From Eutreptiella sp. 'Long Island Sound 2002' (taxonomy: Eukaryota > Protista > Euglenida): a DNA stretch of 64,000 bases. The DNA lies in contig OZ038378.1 of the NCBI GenBank assembly GCA_964036045.1, forward strand, positions 169,756,001 through 169,820,000, read 5' to 3'. Position 1 is the stretch's first letter. Every line of letters starts with the position of its first letter. A model generated the notes under the pieces. That model made no database searches. It was given only the letters and a program-made list of their open reading frames with translations, and had not been told where the DNA came from. Below are positions 21,345 to 35,603 of this stretch, piece after piece. Position numbers and translations under genes: made by a program.

Positions 21345-24300
21345 TCATAAGTCAAATCCAGGGCTGAGTTGGTTCGAAACCGAGGCATAAGGGTGTGTAT
21401 GACACTGAGCTTGGTCTGTGGGCGCTGTACTGGGCTGCTGCAACGCCTCATGTGCTGCACTCGGCTGGTTCGCCAGTGCACAGAGCACGTCGGTGCGCAT
21501 CAGCTTGAGGTGCTCCTGCACCCACGCATTGTTCATGACCCCACGACTGTTGGCACTCTGCAGCCACGTACTTCCGTTGTCCATATCTGTGCCGTCGCAA
21601 TCGCGCAAAATGTTGCGGGCTACTATCAACCCCGAAGCGTCCGGGTTCTGGAGCTCCACGGCCCTGCAATATTAATTCACGACGTGGTCGTCCACATGCA
21701 CCAGATGCAACAAAGCTACCAAGTGAGATCGTCCTCCCATGTTCCTTTTTGTGCTTGACTGCACCAAAACGGCAGCCATTAAACACAGCCCATCAACCGC
21801 TGTCAATGGCCTCCAACCAGTGGATAAATGCTGTGTGGAACCTTTGCATAAATTCCATTGGGTGTTAAGGAAATGATGCATTTGACTGCCAGGTGGTAGT
21901 TGTCGTTTTATGATGGCGATTTGTCGGTTCTCTTAATTTTGGAAAAGCAACTTGATTGTGCTGGGTCTGATGTGGCCTCTGCTGCTCAGATCAGAGCATG
22001 ATACGCAGTTTGGAGCTGGGCTGTAGATTCGGGGTGGGTGGACAACTCATACAGCGCCCTCGGCGACCGCAAACCATCCATTCAAAATTCATTTCTGCAT
22101 CTAGTTCCCTATTCTGGGTTTGCTTGATCCGTCGGAAGGGAATCTGTGGTGCAAGGGGAGTCCCTCCGATCGCCGCAAACGTCCGGCCTGGGGGGGGGGG
22201 GGGCTCATGGAACCACCTTTTTACCCACTGGCCCAGAACTCGCTGGAAACTTAGAAATCGTCTATTTGGAGGGCCCAGGATCAAGATAAATCGCTCCCAT
22301 ACCAAACCTTGACCCCAGCACCACCAATCCTCCAAATGGCCAAAATTGTTCCATGGCCCATAATCTACATGACATTGATGTGACAACATCTTCGATATGA
22401 CGATAGATTACATTTGCCAAATTGTGTACTCGGCAAACAGTTCGCGTCAGTCACGTGTGGGGGACGGAAGGCACAAGACATGGCAAAACAAGGAATACCT
22501 TCGCGCATTCGAAACAAAATTCTCCGTCACCATCGCATTGCTGTTGTTATAGACCACGATGCCTGCCACATCACTGCACACGAAATTGCGGTGCACCAAT
22601 GCGCCACGCGACTCGTCGCCCACGTAGACCGCCGCCGCGCCATTGCGCGCAAACAGCTCATTCGCCTCGCACAGCATCATACTGCTTTCCAGACAGCCCA
22701 CCGCACCCCCGACGGGCGGGGCCCCCACCGCGTCGCAGAAGTTCGCCACCAAAACGGCACGACTACGGCCACTGAGTTTGACCCCCATATTGTTCCGCAG
22801 AAGGAGATTCGTGTAGAGCCTGAACTGAGCGCCGAGGCTACTGACTCCCTGAGAGAAACGGGGGACGGGGTGGCGGTCCATGCGGAGCGGTGCAGCACCT
22901 GGGCTCCTCGTGGGGCATCTGCTACGAGCTGCGTGCCTTTCTTTGGGTCTCGTTCTGACAGGGGCTTGCGGGCAGACACCACCGTTTCCCGTGGTCAGTG
23001 CAGCCAGATCTGCTGAAGGGGAAGGGGTGAAGGGGGCTGGCGTGTGTGGGAGGGGGTGTTTGAAGGCAGTTGGAAGAGGAGGAGCCGTTCATTCGAGGGT
23101 TTGTCGCATGAGGAGCTCCGAACCAAACGCGGACCTGCTGACCCATACCACAGTTGTACGCCCAGAAACGCTGCAAACGCGCACACAAAGGTAGGAGGGC
23201 GTCTTCTAGGATCACTGCCGAATCGGATGGGCTCTGCACCAATGTGAACTCGCAACTCGTGCCAAGCTGACCAACGAGCCCGGAAGGGAAAATCAAGGCA
23301 AACTACCAACTGCCATTTTAACGACAGCCAATCGGCATCCAACTGCCTTCAACTACTCCCATATCAACTGCCTTCAACTACCATATCCGTCGTTGGTTGA
23401 CTGATGACTGCCGGCATTTACCAGCCACCGACGACGACCAACAATGGTGGATTATAATCGCCAATTGGAAAGTTGGGTTCCCGGACTTTCCTGGACGAAA
23501 AGCCAGGCAAAATTTCCAAAATTCACGGAGATAAGCACAGACTAGCAAAATTGGGCCTGCCCTTGGTTCCTTATCAAGTCTTGTTGCGAAACCATTTGAA
23601 GCATACCACGTTGCAGCACGTCATCGTGTTGTAAGCGACATGGGAGGGCTTGACTGTTGCACTCGGCAGTAGGGAATGGCAGGTCCCCCCGAGCTCCACA
23701 GCAGCGATCTTCGAGGCATAGATTTGATTGTGCAAAATCTCCACCTGAATCCCTGGGGCCGCGAAGATCCCTGAAAACCCACTGTGTTGGATCTTGTTGT
23801 GCGTAACAGAGGCGTGCATGGCCACAGGGACCTGTCACAAAGACGAAGCAACGCATGGGTGAAAATGCAGGTCATGATGTATGACGATGACAGACTGCAT
23901 GGTAAATGATGATATCGCACCGCAACATCAATGATGATGATGCACCGCACCACAAATGATGACCATGCAACGCAGCATGAATGATGATTGTGCACTGCAT
24001 GATCAACGATGATGCTGCACCACGCAACAAATGATGATGACGCACCGCATGATAAATGATGCTGATGCGCCGGTGGTGAATGATGACGATGCAACGTTGC
24101 AGGATAAAGACGAAAAGATCAAATGCACTGGAAGAACATTCTTGGAATGGGGAGACAAGCGCAACGAATATCATAAACCAGTGAGAACATCCGATGTGTC
24201 AAACACACCGCCTTTTGATTGATGAAAATAGCCTCCAACGTGCAAATATGACAACTGATAGACTGGGGGAGGGGGGAGGGGAGACGGGGGAATTGGGTAA

Positions 24301-26366
24301 TGTCACATTGCCTACACTTCCTGCCGGCGCCGACAGGCGTCGCACGTCGTCTTTTGCAAGAAAATTGGGGCGTGCTCTGCATGCATCACTGGTCTGGAAC
24401 CGTAAGACAGGGCCGAGGGGATTCCGGATCACCAGAAACCCGAGAGCTGTGGCTGCGCACCCCCCGCCGCATCGGGGCCACACACGCAAAGCGCCACCGG
24501 AGGCGTTTCCTGCCAGTCAACGCGCTCCTGCAACAGGGAACCGCGAGTAACAATCGGTTTTCAGCGGCAAAAACATGTCTTCAGACACGGGAACCCCTTT
24601 TCCAATACCCCGCCCCCCCCTCGGGGGATGAATTTTTCACCCGGAAAATCACACTGTTCTGCAGACTGCAAACACCTTTGTTTTGCGAGGAGCGACACTG
24701 TACGTGGCTCTCTGCAATGCCAAGAGGGAGTCTGGCTCCAAAGGTATGATCCGCGCGGGGGATTGCCTCGGAGCAGTTCCCGGACATCCCAACGCCCTTC
24801 CAAGCGAGGCATCTCCCGGCTTCCGCGCCATGTGCCACACAGTGACCCTGGATGTCTCGCACACTTCTGTGGCGCCGGAGCCTTGGGTCAGGACTCCGTC
24901 GGTGTGGGCCATGATGCAGGCATCACACTTTGGTGTGTTCAGATGGCCCAAACGCTATCCCTCTGCCTCGATGAGGAGGGGGGCAGGGGGGGGGGGGGGG
25001 CACCTTCTCTGCCAAATGGAACAGGCAAATGCCATGATTTCTGCAGTGCTCAATGGCATTGTCGTGCAGCGTGATCGCCGGGGTCCCGCTCACTTCAATG
25101 CCAGACTTGCATGCAAACCGCAGGACGTTATCGGTGAGCTGCAGCTGCTGCACGTCCTCTGCCACGACGCACGCTTCCGTGGTGTGCTCCACAGTGCTGT
25201 GGGCCACGACCACCGTTCCGGCCTCTCGCATCGAGAACCCACACTTGCATTGCTTCACACGGATGCGGCAAAGACGTGCATGGCCTGTGGGTGAAAGTGT
25301 GTGCATGGACAGCGGGCTGCCCCGGCTTGAGCAATATGTGGGGTCAAAAGTGGTGCAGTACCAATGGCCTGCCGATGAGCGGATCACCATGAGCAGTTCG
25401 GAGATACCCAACAGCGGTTGGGCAGGTGGAAGCAGTTGGGCAGTGGGTAACGACGTGGAGGTTCTCCATGCTTCCCCTTATTACCCTCCCACACCCCAGC
25501 GCGTTGATGGGAATGATGGGAACACGCCATTTAATCGTGAGGTTTCATCTTGCAACTGCCCTCTCTGTGAAATTATTCACATATGCTTCAGCTTTCGCCC
25601 CGGGGGGGCAACTACAATCGGTCCTGATGCGACCCACCCCCCAGCTATCTGTCAAAACTTGGGGGGGGGGGTGTCGGCGGGAGGATGGGGGGGGGTATTG
25701 GCAGCTCGGCGGGGGGTCCCCAAGAGGGGGGGGGGAGGCTGCGCACGACCCACTACTACCACATGCATACCTCAAGGGTGTGTGTGTGTGTGTTTGGGGG
25801 CATGGGGGTATAGAGGTATGTATGCGATAATCGCGATTTCTCGTCCTTGCCAGGAAGAAAGTCTTAAGGGTCTTAAGGACCAAAGGCATAGTACCCCCTT
25901 CAACTAAGCATGGGACAAAAACTTTGGCACCGTTGGCGCCATGACCCTGCTTTTGTGGCCTGCCATGACACGTGCCTGTGTGTGTGTGTGTGTGTGTGTG
26001 GATCCTCCCCAACCCCATCTCTCTGCCAGGAAAGCAGCGAAAGCAAAACTCAGATCGAAGGGAACGGGGGAAGGACAGGGTTGGTTCACGCATGTGGAGT
26101 GATGGTTCTGATCCGCACGAGCCTCATCATTGCTTCAAGGATTAGCTGGATTCTCCTCTACAAGTCCGGTCTGCGCCTCGGAAGCATAATGCGAAAGCCA
26201 AAGGGGGCGGCCAGGGCCGGTCCTTGCATGCGACCCCCCCCCCGCTCCCCCCCCCACCGAGTTTTGAAAGATAGCGGTGCAGGTGCATGATACGCGCTAG
26301 GCGCCTTTCTGTAGGTGCAGGAGGAAGGTGATGTCGGACAGCAGCCCACCGCAGCGTGAGCTGTGA

Positions 26367-26398
<32 letters not shown>

Positions 26399-29300
26399 AA
26401 CGCGACAAACAGGCACTTACAAAAGCCCCAAGTGCTCAATTCTCGTCAGTTGGACAGTCAAACAAGACAAAGCATGTTCAACGCCAATAGGCGCCTTTCT
26501 GCAGGAAGAAGGCGCGCAGCTGCCCTTGACCAATGTCAGCCTGAAAAGCAGGTGATGCACTGCATTGCCTCAAAGGCAAGCCAGCCTCATCTGATTTGGG
26601 GTGAGATATGCACAGGCAGGTCATGTATGCACTATGCCACGCGCATGTGTGACAACGTCAGATCACACCGCACCTGGTGATGGCGTTTGGGCTCCTACTG
26701 TGCTCCCCTTCCTACATTCATTAGCTCCAACGAAATCAGTCTGTGGTACCCATGTGTTACCTACTATTTCCACCGGTCACCTGGTGGACACACACACACA
26801 CAGTCTGAATCAATACATCTTGCTGATGACCGATACCGATGATGTCAAGGACTTTGAAATCATTGCACCAGTCTCCGCTGACCCCCTGTACCAGCAGCTC
26901 ACTTGGCAGTCGCCAGGATCCATATTTGTTCCCCTCCCAGACAGCATTTTTCTGTAAGGATATTTTCCGAAGTTTCGCAACGTTGCATGGAGGCGCAGGT
27001 AATTTGTAGCTGACAGAGTATACTGCTTTAATGGTCGCACATGTGTCATGCTCTAATGCACTGTATGCCCTGTGCAACCCTTTGTGCATGGCTCTCATTG
27101 CGACCTCCCTGCGGTATCCGCACAGCAGGGCTACCTGAAGCCATGCTGTTGCCAACGGAATTTGTGCAATCCATGTTTCTGTCCAGTGCACTCCGTTTTT
27201 AAGCACGCCTGTGAAAAGTGCCCCTCAGTATCCTTTGCATGCCCTCTGTGGAGTGAGCAGTGATGCACCCAACCGCAGACTCCATCGTCGAGTCAGAGAT
27301 GAGGGTTCTACGAACGCTATTCCATAACCAGAAGGTTGTTGGATGAGGATGTGTCCCATCATTTTAGTGAATGCAGTGCAGCAGGATCCAACACACTCAG
27401 CATGCTGAGTCATGCAGTTGCAGACAACTCTCAAACACCATGCCTCCTGAAACACGTATCTCACTTTGTTAACCACGTCTGCGCGCAATTCGGGGGTGCA
27501 TCGGTGCCTACAATTATGTTGTCTCTGAACTGGCATAAGGCAGTTACATATTGTCCCCTCCAAACAACACACCCACGCACACATACACATACAGGCATCC
27601 AGCAGTATGCACGACCGTTTGGAGGGCATGAAACTCAAGCTACGATTCTCAGCTGTTGGCAGTTTCAAGCAGTGCCAGTGCGTCCAACAGAGCCATCCAT
27701 CGGGTTCTCACCGCTCCCATGAGACAGTCCCATTTTCACTTTCACATGGAGACTTGGACCCTTTCCACATTGGCTTTTCCACCATTCCCTGCACCTTGAG
27801 CTAGGGCCTTTGCGTGGAGCAATGTTGTCCACAGGTCTATGCACACAAACCCCCCTCCCCGAGTGCCTGTTGCCTTGACAGCCCACACTACAATAGATTG
27901 CCTGAAACCCGCGACACCCGCAGCACGGGTACAGTGAGCCAGTGACGTGCATAACGCCTTTTCTCAGCTGAACTGCGATGGTTTGTTGCGCTCTGAGGCT
28001 GAACAGTTGACATTCATTTTCGGGGCGGGGCTTGGAAAGCCATGAAAATTAGGGAGTGAGGGACAGAGGGATACCGCAAAGCAGGTCTCTGAACACCGCA
28101 GAAAGACGTATGCAGTGTGCAGGGGACTGCATCATACGGACAGACAAATGGTGTGGAGAGGGCCTATATCAGGCTGACCCTCGTTGACAAAGCCACCAGC
28201 CACTGACGAGGAGACAAGTCACTCAGAGGAACTTAAATGCGAGGCTGAGAAGAAGTGGTCCCCTGCAAGAGGCTTGGCCCCAAGTTGCCTGAGCGCACCC
28301 AGGGCTCCACCAAAAGGGCTGCATGCAGGCTTCAAATGCCACACAGTGCACTCTCCAAATCCATGTACCATTACCGTCAGGGCGTGTCAAAGTGCGTGAT
28401 CAGGGGAAAACCACACCAAACACTCTCTTTGTCACGGCAAGTGCCCACGTCCACTCCGCACCACCAATACGCACACCTCACACTATGCACACCTCGCAGT
28501 ATGCACACTTCACACGAAAGACCAGTGCCTGAAATGCCTTGCATCCAACCTGCAGCCCTCCCTCACAACCCCCATACCTTTGGTCTGGTACAAGGCCACG
28601 GCCGCCTTCTTCATGCCCGCAAACGCACAATCCTCCACAACGCACGCGGTCATGGACATCACCCCGCACATCCCCCCTTCCGCACTCAGCCTCTGCACGA
28701 TCAATGCCGCCCCCGACTCCCCCTGCACTGCCGAGTCGACCATGTCGCATACACTGCAGCCCACCACACTCATGGCCCCGTGGTCCCGCGCAACGCAGCC
28801 AAAAGTACCCCCGACTACTTTGCAGTCCTCCACATGGCACCGTGTGTCGGGGTACTCGCACAGGACTCCAATGTATGACTGAGTCACGACGCAGCAATCT
28901 GTTAAAGTCAGCTGGCCCCCAAACACCCGCACGCACGCATCGAGGCTGACGCCGCTCGCCTCTGGAGTGCTGAGGAGGTCGCACCTGTGCAGCAGCGACA
29001 GATGCGGGGGACCAAGCAGCGGTGGGGCAGGCACTGGAAGGATACGAGGTGGATGATGGTTCGGTATTGATGGTGAGGACGAGGGTTATGTTCCCTGTTG
29101 GTGGGAACGGTGCAGACTTTTTGTTGTGCTGGGAACGGAGGGAAGGGGTGGGCGAAGACCCCACAGAGCCTTCAGCACATCCCAGACACGATGAGGACCA
29201 GCAGAGAAAAATCGCGCTGGATCCTGCCTGGAATCGGCTGGCCTTACACTGGTAGAGGCAGCAGATCCGCTTGCCATCAACGACTGTAGGTACGCGGTGA

Positions 29301-32120
29301 CACGCACATGCCATGATGCCCGCCAAATGCATTGCAAACGTGGAAATCACCTCTTGGTATTCTCACCTCCACAGGTAACGCAGCTGGCGGCAGAGGCGGA
29401 GGGAAGCCTGCAAAGCGGGAAGCCCCACATGCTGCATCGAATAGCCCCCCCCCCCCTTTGGATGCACAATGCAACACCGCAGCAGTGCGTATTGGCCTGG
29501 CCCCTGCAGTGGCATGGCGCTCATTGCAAGGGACATACGCATCCACAGAGGCAGCCAGTGCGAAACTCTGGATCACGCTTCCTGAAGACTGCAACGAGGG
29601 CCTGGCCCGGCACGACGTGCACGGTAGGCCTTGGATGTCCACATCGTGGGTCAAGAGGAAGGTCTCACTGTATGTCCCGGGCCGCAGCAGAATCGTGTCT
29701 CCATCTGTGACCGTGTCCCAGGCCTGGGGGCAGAAAGGTGTGCAGAAACGGACGGATGCTGAAGGGGCGGGGGGTACAGCGGCTGGGGGAGGGGCATTTG
29801 GAGGCCAATGGTTCACACACGGCGAAGGACCACACAGGCCGCAACTCCGCACACTGGCCGGCCATGCGTGCAAAGCACGCCCCATGCCCTTGGAGGGTAT
29901 TTCACAGGAGCACTGGGGCTGGAAAGTCTGGGGCTGGGAAATCGACCGGGGGTTCAAAATCAGCTGAGACATGTCCGGGAATAAAGCGGAAAGGTCGTGC
30001 CTCCGAACCCGAGGTTTGGCATCAGCGGTTGCTTCAGGCACCAACAGCCCCGCCGCTGGCGTGCGACGACAAGTTCGGCACAATGATGCCACATTGGTGT
30101 GCGTTGCCCCGACTCATGCGCTCACTTCTCATTCCGAAAATGCAGCCCGGCCGGTGCGGACGGGGCCTTTGAACACGGACGCGCTAAACAAATGTGCGCT
30201 TCACAACGCAACTTACTTGGAGCTGAGGCACATTGCTCGTTTGCATCAGTCAACCTCCAGAGGGCTCCCTCGCTCCAGAGGGTTGGCACTCCGCACCCTC
30301 AGAACCACGCACGGCTGTTAGGCATGCTCCCGTTGAGTTTTCCAACATCACCCAATGGGATGACTTGTGTGCTTGAAGCCCCCCCCCCCCCATCCCCACC
30401 CCCACCCCCACCCACGCCCCAAGCCTCCTCCTCATGTCTCCACAGGCCCAGAAAAACTCCACCTATGAAATTTAGTATGGGCACGCAACCCGCACACAAG
30501 CGCGTCCTGATCCACAAACGCACACAGGCGAAGCCGATAAATACACACGGTACAACCGCAAGGACAGGGAGGAGGCCCGACGTGCAGCAGCACGCACCGC
30601 CTGTGCCGGGGCGTCCCAATGCCCCCGCTGGTCACTGCCCATCGGGGGGCAGCACGTCCCTGGCCGACGGGCCCTGGGCCCTGTGGTCTGCGGTGGCCTA
30701 AAGGCCCGGGGTAAAGGCTGCGGGCGACCGAGGGAAGTGGTGGGCCTCCAGGCAGATGGTCGGTGCTGCGCCCACGGGCCTTGCCGGCCTGCGGCGGTGT
30801 GCTACGGGTGCGGGTGGGGGGGCGAAGGGGGGCGAAAGGGGCCGGGGGATGTGGAACACCTGTTGCACCTCCTCAACGCAGACCAGACTCCCGCCCTCGG
30901 GCACCATCAACGAGTTCATGTGCAGAGCGCCACAACACGCGCACGTGTCAGTGCCCACGAGGAACGTGCGGCGGCGGGTCCCGCTTTGCAGCCGCCGGAC
31001 GTGCCTGAGCGTCTCTGTGACCGTCCCCCGCCGCTCGGCCGCGCTCTGCAGGTCACACAGGGCGCGGCGGTACGCACGCATGCCCTCGAACAGGGCGGCG
31101 CGTTGGATATAGAATTCGGCCGAGGGCTGGTGGCGGATGGCCATTGTGAAGAAGGCCAGGGCCTTGTAGACGTCCCCGTTCTGAACACGAGCGGGCGAAC
31201 GTGCGCAGTGCGTGCGGCCGGTGGTCTTCAGGGGCCGCGACTGCCCCCAAACCGCCGCAAAAACCGGGTGCTACCGCCGCTTGTGCCACCGGGACCGACC
31301 ACGAGGAACAAGTTCTCAGGGACACCACCGGACCTCCGGGCGCTGATGATGGTGGGGCATGCCCCCATGCGGCCCATCACGGCCCCGTACTCCACTCCCC
31401 CCGTGCCCCTTCGGCCCCCGCGTAGCTCTACAGTTGTGGTAGCGTACCCCCGGCCGGTCCCACCCACATGGCACGGCCCCACCTCGTGCAGCACGCAGCC
31501 ATCGCTGTCAGCCACATCCTTCCGGTACACCGCACCATCCGCAGCACTGTCCAGTGATGCCCAATGTGCAGGGACGCAGGCGTCGCACTATCCACACTCC
31601 TGCGGTTGGCTGGTCACCGACACCGCCGGCCCAGCGGGCTTTCGTGAAGAGTTGTCCTTGGGAACCCCCCCCAAAAAAAAAAACGTACCCGAGGACACTC
31701 CCGCTGGAGGCCGGGGGTTGTTTGACAGTTGGCTCTATGACCACCGCCTGACTATCTCCTCTGGAGCATTTTGCTCCTCTGCATTGTCACACGCAGGGCA
31801 CACTTGCATGGATTGTATCCCTAACTGCGCCGCCTTCCTGCCGGCCTCCAAACTCGCCTGCCGCTTGTCGTCCGAATCCGTGTCAACATTCGAGGCGGTC
31901 TGTCGGCGTTCCGGATGAACGGCCTAAGAATGACCGCAAAAGATCCCCCATCCCCGTCGGGGTTACCCACGCTCGGATGCAGAGACTCGGGTCGCTCGAC
32001 AGGTGAGAGCACATGACTCCTACACCAATGGTTCCAGGTTCGAATCCCTTGCTTTGACAGTTTCATTTCACCGGCACCAAGAGTAGAGCCGTGGCCTCTG
32101 AACACTCCTAATGACTCCAT
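21345..32120 (-). CDS. Multi-exon gene: TPR + degenerate RING-like zinc finger + right-handed parallel beta-helix (PbH1, pectin-lyase-like fold)
   Basis: Exons with phase-compatible GT/GC-AG junctions: 32120-31971, 31923-31804, 31180-30860, [unresolved exon probably starting at 30801], ~30112-29868, 29723-29539, 28984-28578, 25284-25004, 24954-24676, 23831-23607, 22848-22499, 21663-21345. Splicing restores motifs across junctions: LGIQSMQ|NGDVYKALAFFTMAIRHQP (TPR), ALH|AWDTVTDGDTILLRPGTYSE (beta-helix entry), SVDA|CDLL, CCNV|GVSSLGAQFRLYTNLLLRNNMGV, NARR|AVELQN. The start codon and the 30860-30112 junction are uncertain. Confidence 0.78.
23870..24095. repeat. Degenerate ATGATGATGCACCGC minisatellite (intronic)
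   Basis: Recurrent ATGATGATG-CACCGCA units about every 30 bp. Confidence 0.65.
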
Positions 32121-32949
32121 GGTCAGAAACACCCCCAGTCGCGCTCGCTAACATGTCAGCGAGTGGTCCTCAGAAAAAGGATTCACGCCCCGAAATACCC
32201 ACTGTCGCATGCACAGGGCTCCTGAAAGATTGAACAACAACGGTGTGGGGGTTGGGGTGGTGGGCAGCGCTTTCAATTGTGACCAATGTCTGTGTGCACC
32301 TTTTCTGGTACATTTTCTTTGAGGGTCTGTGCAGAATGGGGGAGGGGGCTCATGGAAATGGCAGGATAATAGTTTGGCCAAACTGCTGCATTTTGCCCAT
32401 GTCCCCAAGAGCAAGTGTAGTGCTCCATTCCACTTTTTGCAAGGTCCACGTCGCAAAGGTTGTTGGATCAAAACCAATCAGGCTGCATACATGGGAAACC
32501 CCACATGCCGTGCTAGCGGGCCCATTTATACCCCAAGGGGTTGTAGAATCCATCTTATAAATAAAAAATAGAATCTTATTCAATAAAAGTATCCCCCAAT
32601 GAGTCTTTGGTTAGGACCCCCCGAGCCCCCGCCCCCCTCCCCACACACACACTGAAACCCCACTTCTTAGGGGAGGGGAAGGAGTTCAAAACTTGGTGCA
32701 TTGCAGCCACTATGCGTCGATCCAGACCCAGGTTCCATTCAATTTGCTTCTTCTATGTGGACCCCATGACCAATAGCGGGTGGGTCCTGGGTCCTGGGTC
32801 CCCCGACCAGCTCCCCTCAGGGGCCCAATAGCGAGGACTTAGCTGTTTTTAGGCCAGCGTGGGCTGGCTGAAACAGCACCAAAAACGTCCACACCAAAAC
32901 CAACTTGTTTGATATCATGACCACTCACAAGGATCAAATATCATATGCA

Positions 32950-33950
32950 CCGCAATGCTGTAGGCAATTTTTATGTGTTTTTTTCACTCGTTCTGGGCCA
33001 TCGGGTGCTCAGGGGTAGGGGGAACGGCTTGGTACACAAACTGTTCAAGTGGGTTGCAGCTGCTGACCAGCAGCTGAAGCACTCGCAACGCGCTTGTTCA
33101 GCAACCATGAGGAGTGCAGGGCCCCATCGGTGGCCTTGCTGTCTGCACGTAACCTGAGCAATTTGTTCCCTACAAGTGTGGGCATCAATCCATGCATTAC
33201 AATAATTCTCCTGGCACCCACCACAAGCTGCGATGGTGGAGTGCTTTTGCCAACACAAGGCCCACACATCTGCCTCATCCTCTCCTTCATCTTGCGTGGC
33301 GGCCGAGTTGCTTTTATCAATCCAAACATGAGGCGGGACAAGGTCCCATGGTCCATAACAAGGATGACCCATGAACGGCCACAAAGGCAAAAGAGTCCGC
33401 ATGGGGTAAATTGGAAAGGGGACCAAAGAAGCATTCACACAGAGGTAGTGGCTTGGAATGTGAAACCACGCAATTGCAGAAGGAGGATACTCGGACTCTG
33501 GAGATTGGGCTGCTATGCACAACAAAGCATGCCAAGATGCACTGTAATCACCTTAGCCCTGGACATCCACCCCATGGCGAAAAGTTTGCATGTACATGTG
33601 GTGCAGCAGTACCAGTCGCGTACACACAAGGACACACCAACAAACTCAGACACTGCACCATAACTGTGCCATGTGTGGTACTGGCTACTGGCTAATCCAA
33701 ATGAGGAAAATTCTGCAAAAATTCTTGGCAACATCACGGCCAGGCCTCTTGGTTGCATGGCCAACACATCTTTTTCAGCGAACTATGGATTTGCCCCTTA
33801 TTCAATGTGTTGCGATTTTGGACACCAAAAGAGAAAGATATCTTGTTGGGGGATCCCTTTTTGAAGGCCAAAAGGCCAAATGGCTGACACTCCCCAATTG
33901 GTGCTCAGCATGCTGAGGTGCGCTGGCACCCTCGATTCCTGAAAATAGGG
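32950..33950 (-). mobile_element. Possible decayed LINE 3' fragment
   Basis: Frameshifted segments loosely resembling the zf-RVT region (CGLFCLCGRSWV..DH) and the post-RT region; heavily degenerate. Confidence 0.25.
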
Positions 33951-34119
33951 CAGAGTGCTGCAATGGTGAACACTGGCGAAGTCATTCCAAACTCATCCAT
34001 TGAGGGCTTTATCCGCAACACAACACAACACAACACAGTACAAGGTAGTAATTTCTTTCTTCTAACTTCTTTGCTTGTCAAGCGAGCAGGCCTTCGCCAT
34101 TTATGGGCTTATTATGTGA

Positions 34120-34700
34120 CCATTTCGATTCCACCTTGCTTTGGGGACCCTGAGACGGCAGGGGTTATGTAGCCACCTCCTTTCCACCTCGCTTTGAAGG
34201 CTCTGAGCTGGTAGCAGTTATGTTGCCATTTTGATTTCACCTCATTTGAGGATCCTGAGATGCCAAGGGTTACATAATCTCCCTTTGGTGCGACAACAAA
34301 CTCTTTTGTTTATCATTTGCTGATTACATTATCTGTTGGCATGCATCAAACTAAAAATAAGAAGTGATGGTCGACTGAAAGGTACGAGACGTCATTTGGC
34401 GATTGCACTATGAGCATGTATGCATCAAGCTAAAAACCAAAAAGGTCTATTGAAATGATAAACCCTTGCAAATATTGTGTGTGGGTTGTGTTTTTATGCT
34501 CTTGGTACTTGGCATTGTGTGTACATGGTATCCACTTCAACCCACTTTGAGGAACCTGAGACAGCAAGGGTTATGTAGCCGTTTCAATTCCAACTCGCTT
34601 TGAGGACCCCGAGACGGCAAGGGTTATGTAGCCATTTCCATTCCACCTCACTTTGAGGACCCTAAGAAGGCAAAAAATGTAGCCGTTTCGATTTCACCAG
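34120..34700. repeat. ~53-bp minisatellite in two clusters
   Basis: Consensus CCACCTCGCTTTGAGGACCCTGAGACGGCAAGGGTTATGTAGCCATTT, about 3 units at 34120-34290 and about 3 at 34540-34700, separated by AT-richer DNA. Confidence 0.75.
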
Positions 34701-35603
34701 GTGCCATTTGTGCCATTTGATTCATGTGGTGACACATAACTGAGTCAAGGGCAAGCGGCAGTGCCATGCGAACCACACACAGCTTGTCTATAGGGGGCTG
34801 CAAGGGCGGCCGGAGATTTCATTGACCGTCATTATCCAGGCTTTTTCAATCCGACACCAAAGGCTTTGAAACAGCGTGGATTGCGTGTTCTTTGTTCGGA
34901 GGCGGGGGCATGGACACGCTTTCTTTCCCACATGTGTGACATCGGCCGTAATTGAAGCACTGCAGAGGCCTGCAGGTCTACTTAGGAAACGATGTGTTCG
35001 GTATATGTTTGCCACATCTCGTCCCTGTCCTTCCCTCCGTGGTGCCTGTCCTGCGCGCCTGCCCGTGACGGTCCAGGACACAGCATGGCACGACTGCCAT
35101 TGTGGATAAAGCCATTCAACAAACGTAGAGCCAACTCTGGTTCGTACTTAGCTGCATGCCATGGCACAGGCTGCTTTCCGCCCAAGCGAGGAACAGGGCT
35201 TTGTGCCAGGGCCATGGTCGACAAAGGGCGTCCCCCTCTGGAATCACTCCAGCAGTCCACTGTGTCCACAATGTATGCTTTGGAAAATGGCGAGGATGGC
35301 GTGGGGGGGGGGGGGTTGGCACAACATTCCGAGTCAGCTGCACATGTCCCTTATTATTCGCATAGAGGCCATGAGGTTCATCATGCCTACACGTACACGG
35401 CGGTATTGGAAAGTCTCGGGCTTCTGGGTTTCTCACGCCGGGCGGTGGCACTGGACCCCGGCATGTACCAATCTCAGATCAGTTCAGTGGTTGCTGGTAT
35501 TTGAACCAGTGGCCCTTCGATCCCGCATTGTCCATCATGCCAATGAGACAGCGCCACCACGCGCCTGAGAGGGATGTGGGAAAGGGGTCCCATAATGACA
35601 CAC

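Noticed and set aside
26757-27722. Coding-like ORFs within the 3.3-kb intron of the beta-helix gene
   Set aside because: No recognisable domain, and the flanking exons already join in phase without them.
30683-31918. 411-aa plus-strand ORF
   Set aside because: GC-rich antisense shadow of the TPR/RING exons and intron.
32030-32050. Box B-like GGTTCGAATCC as a tRNA
   Set aside because: No box A or cloverleaf, and it overlaps the predicted first coding exon on the opposite strand.
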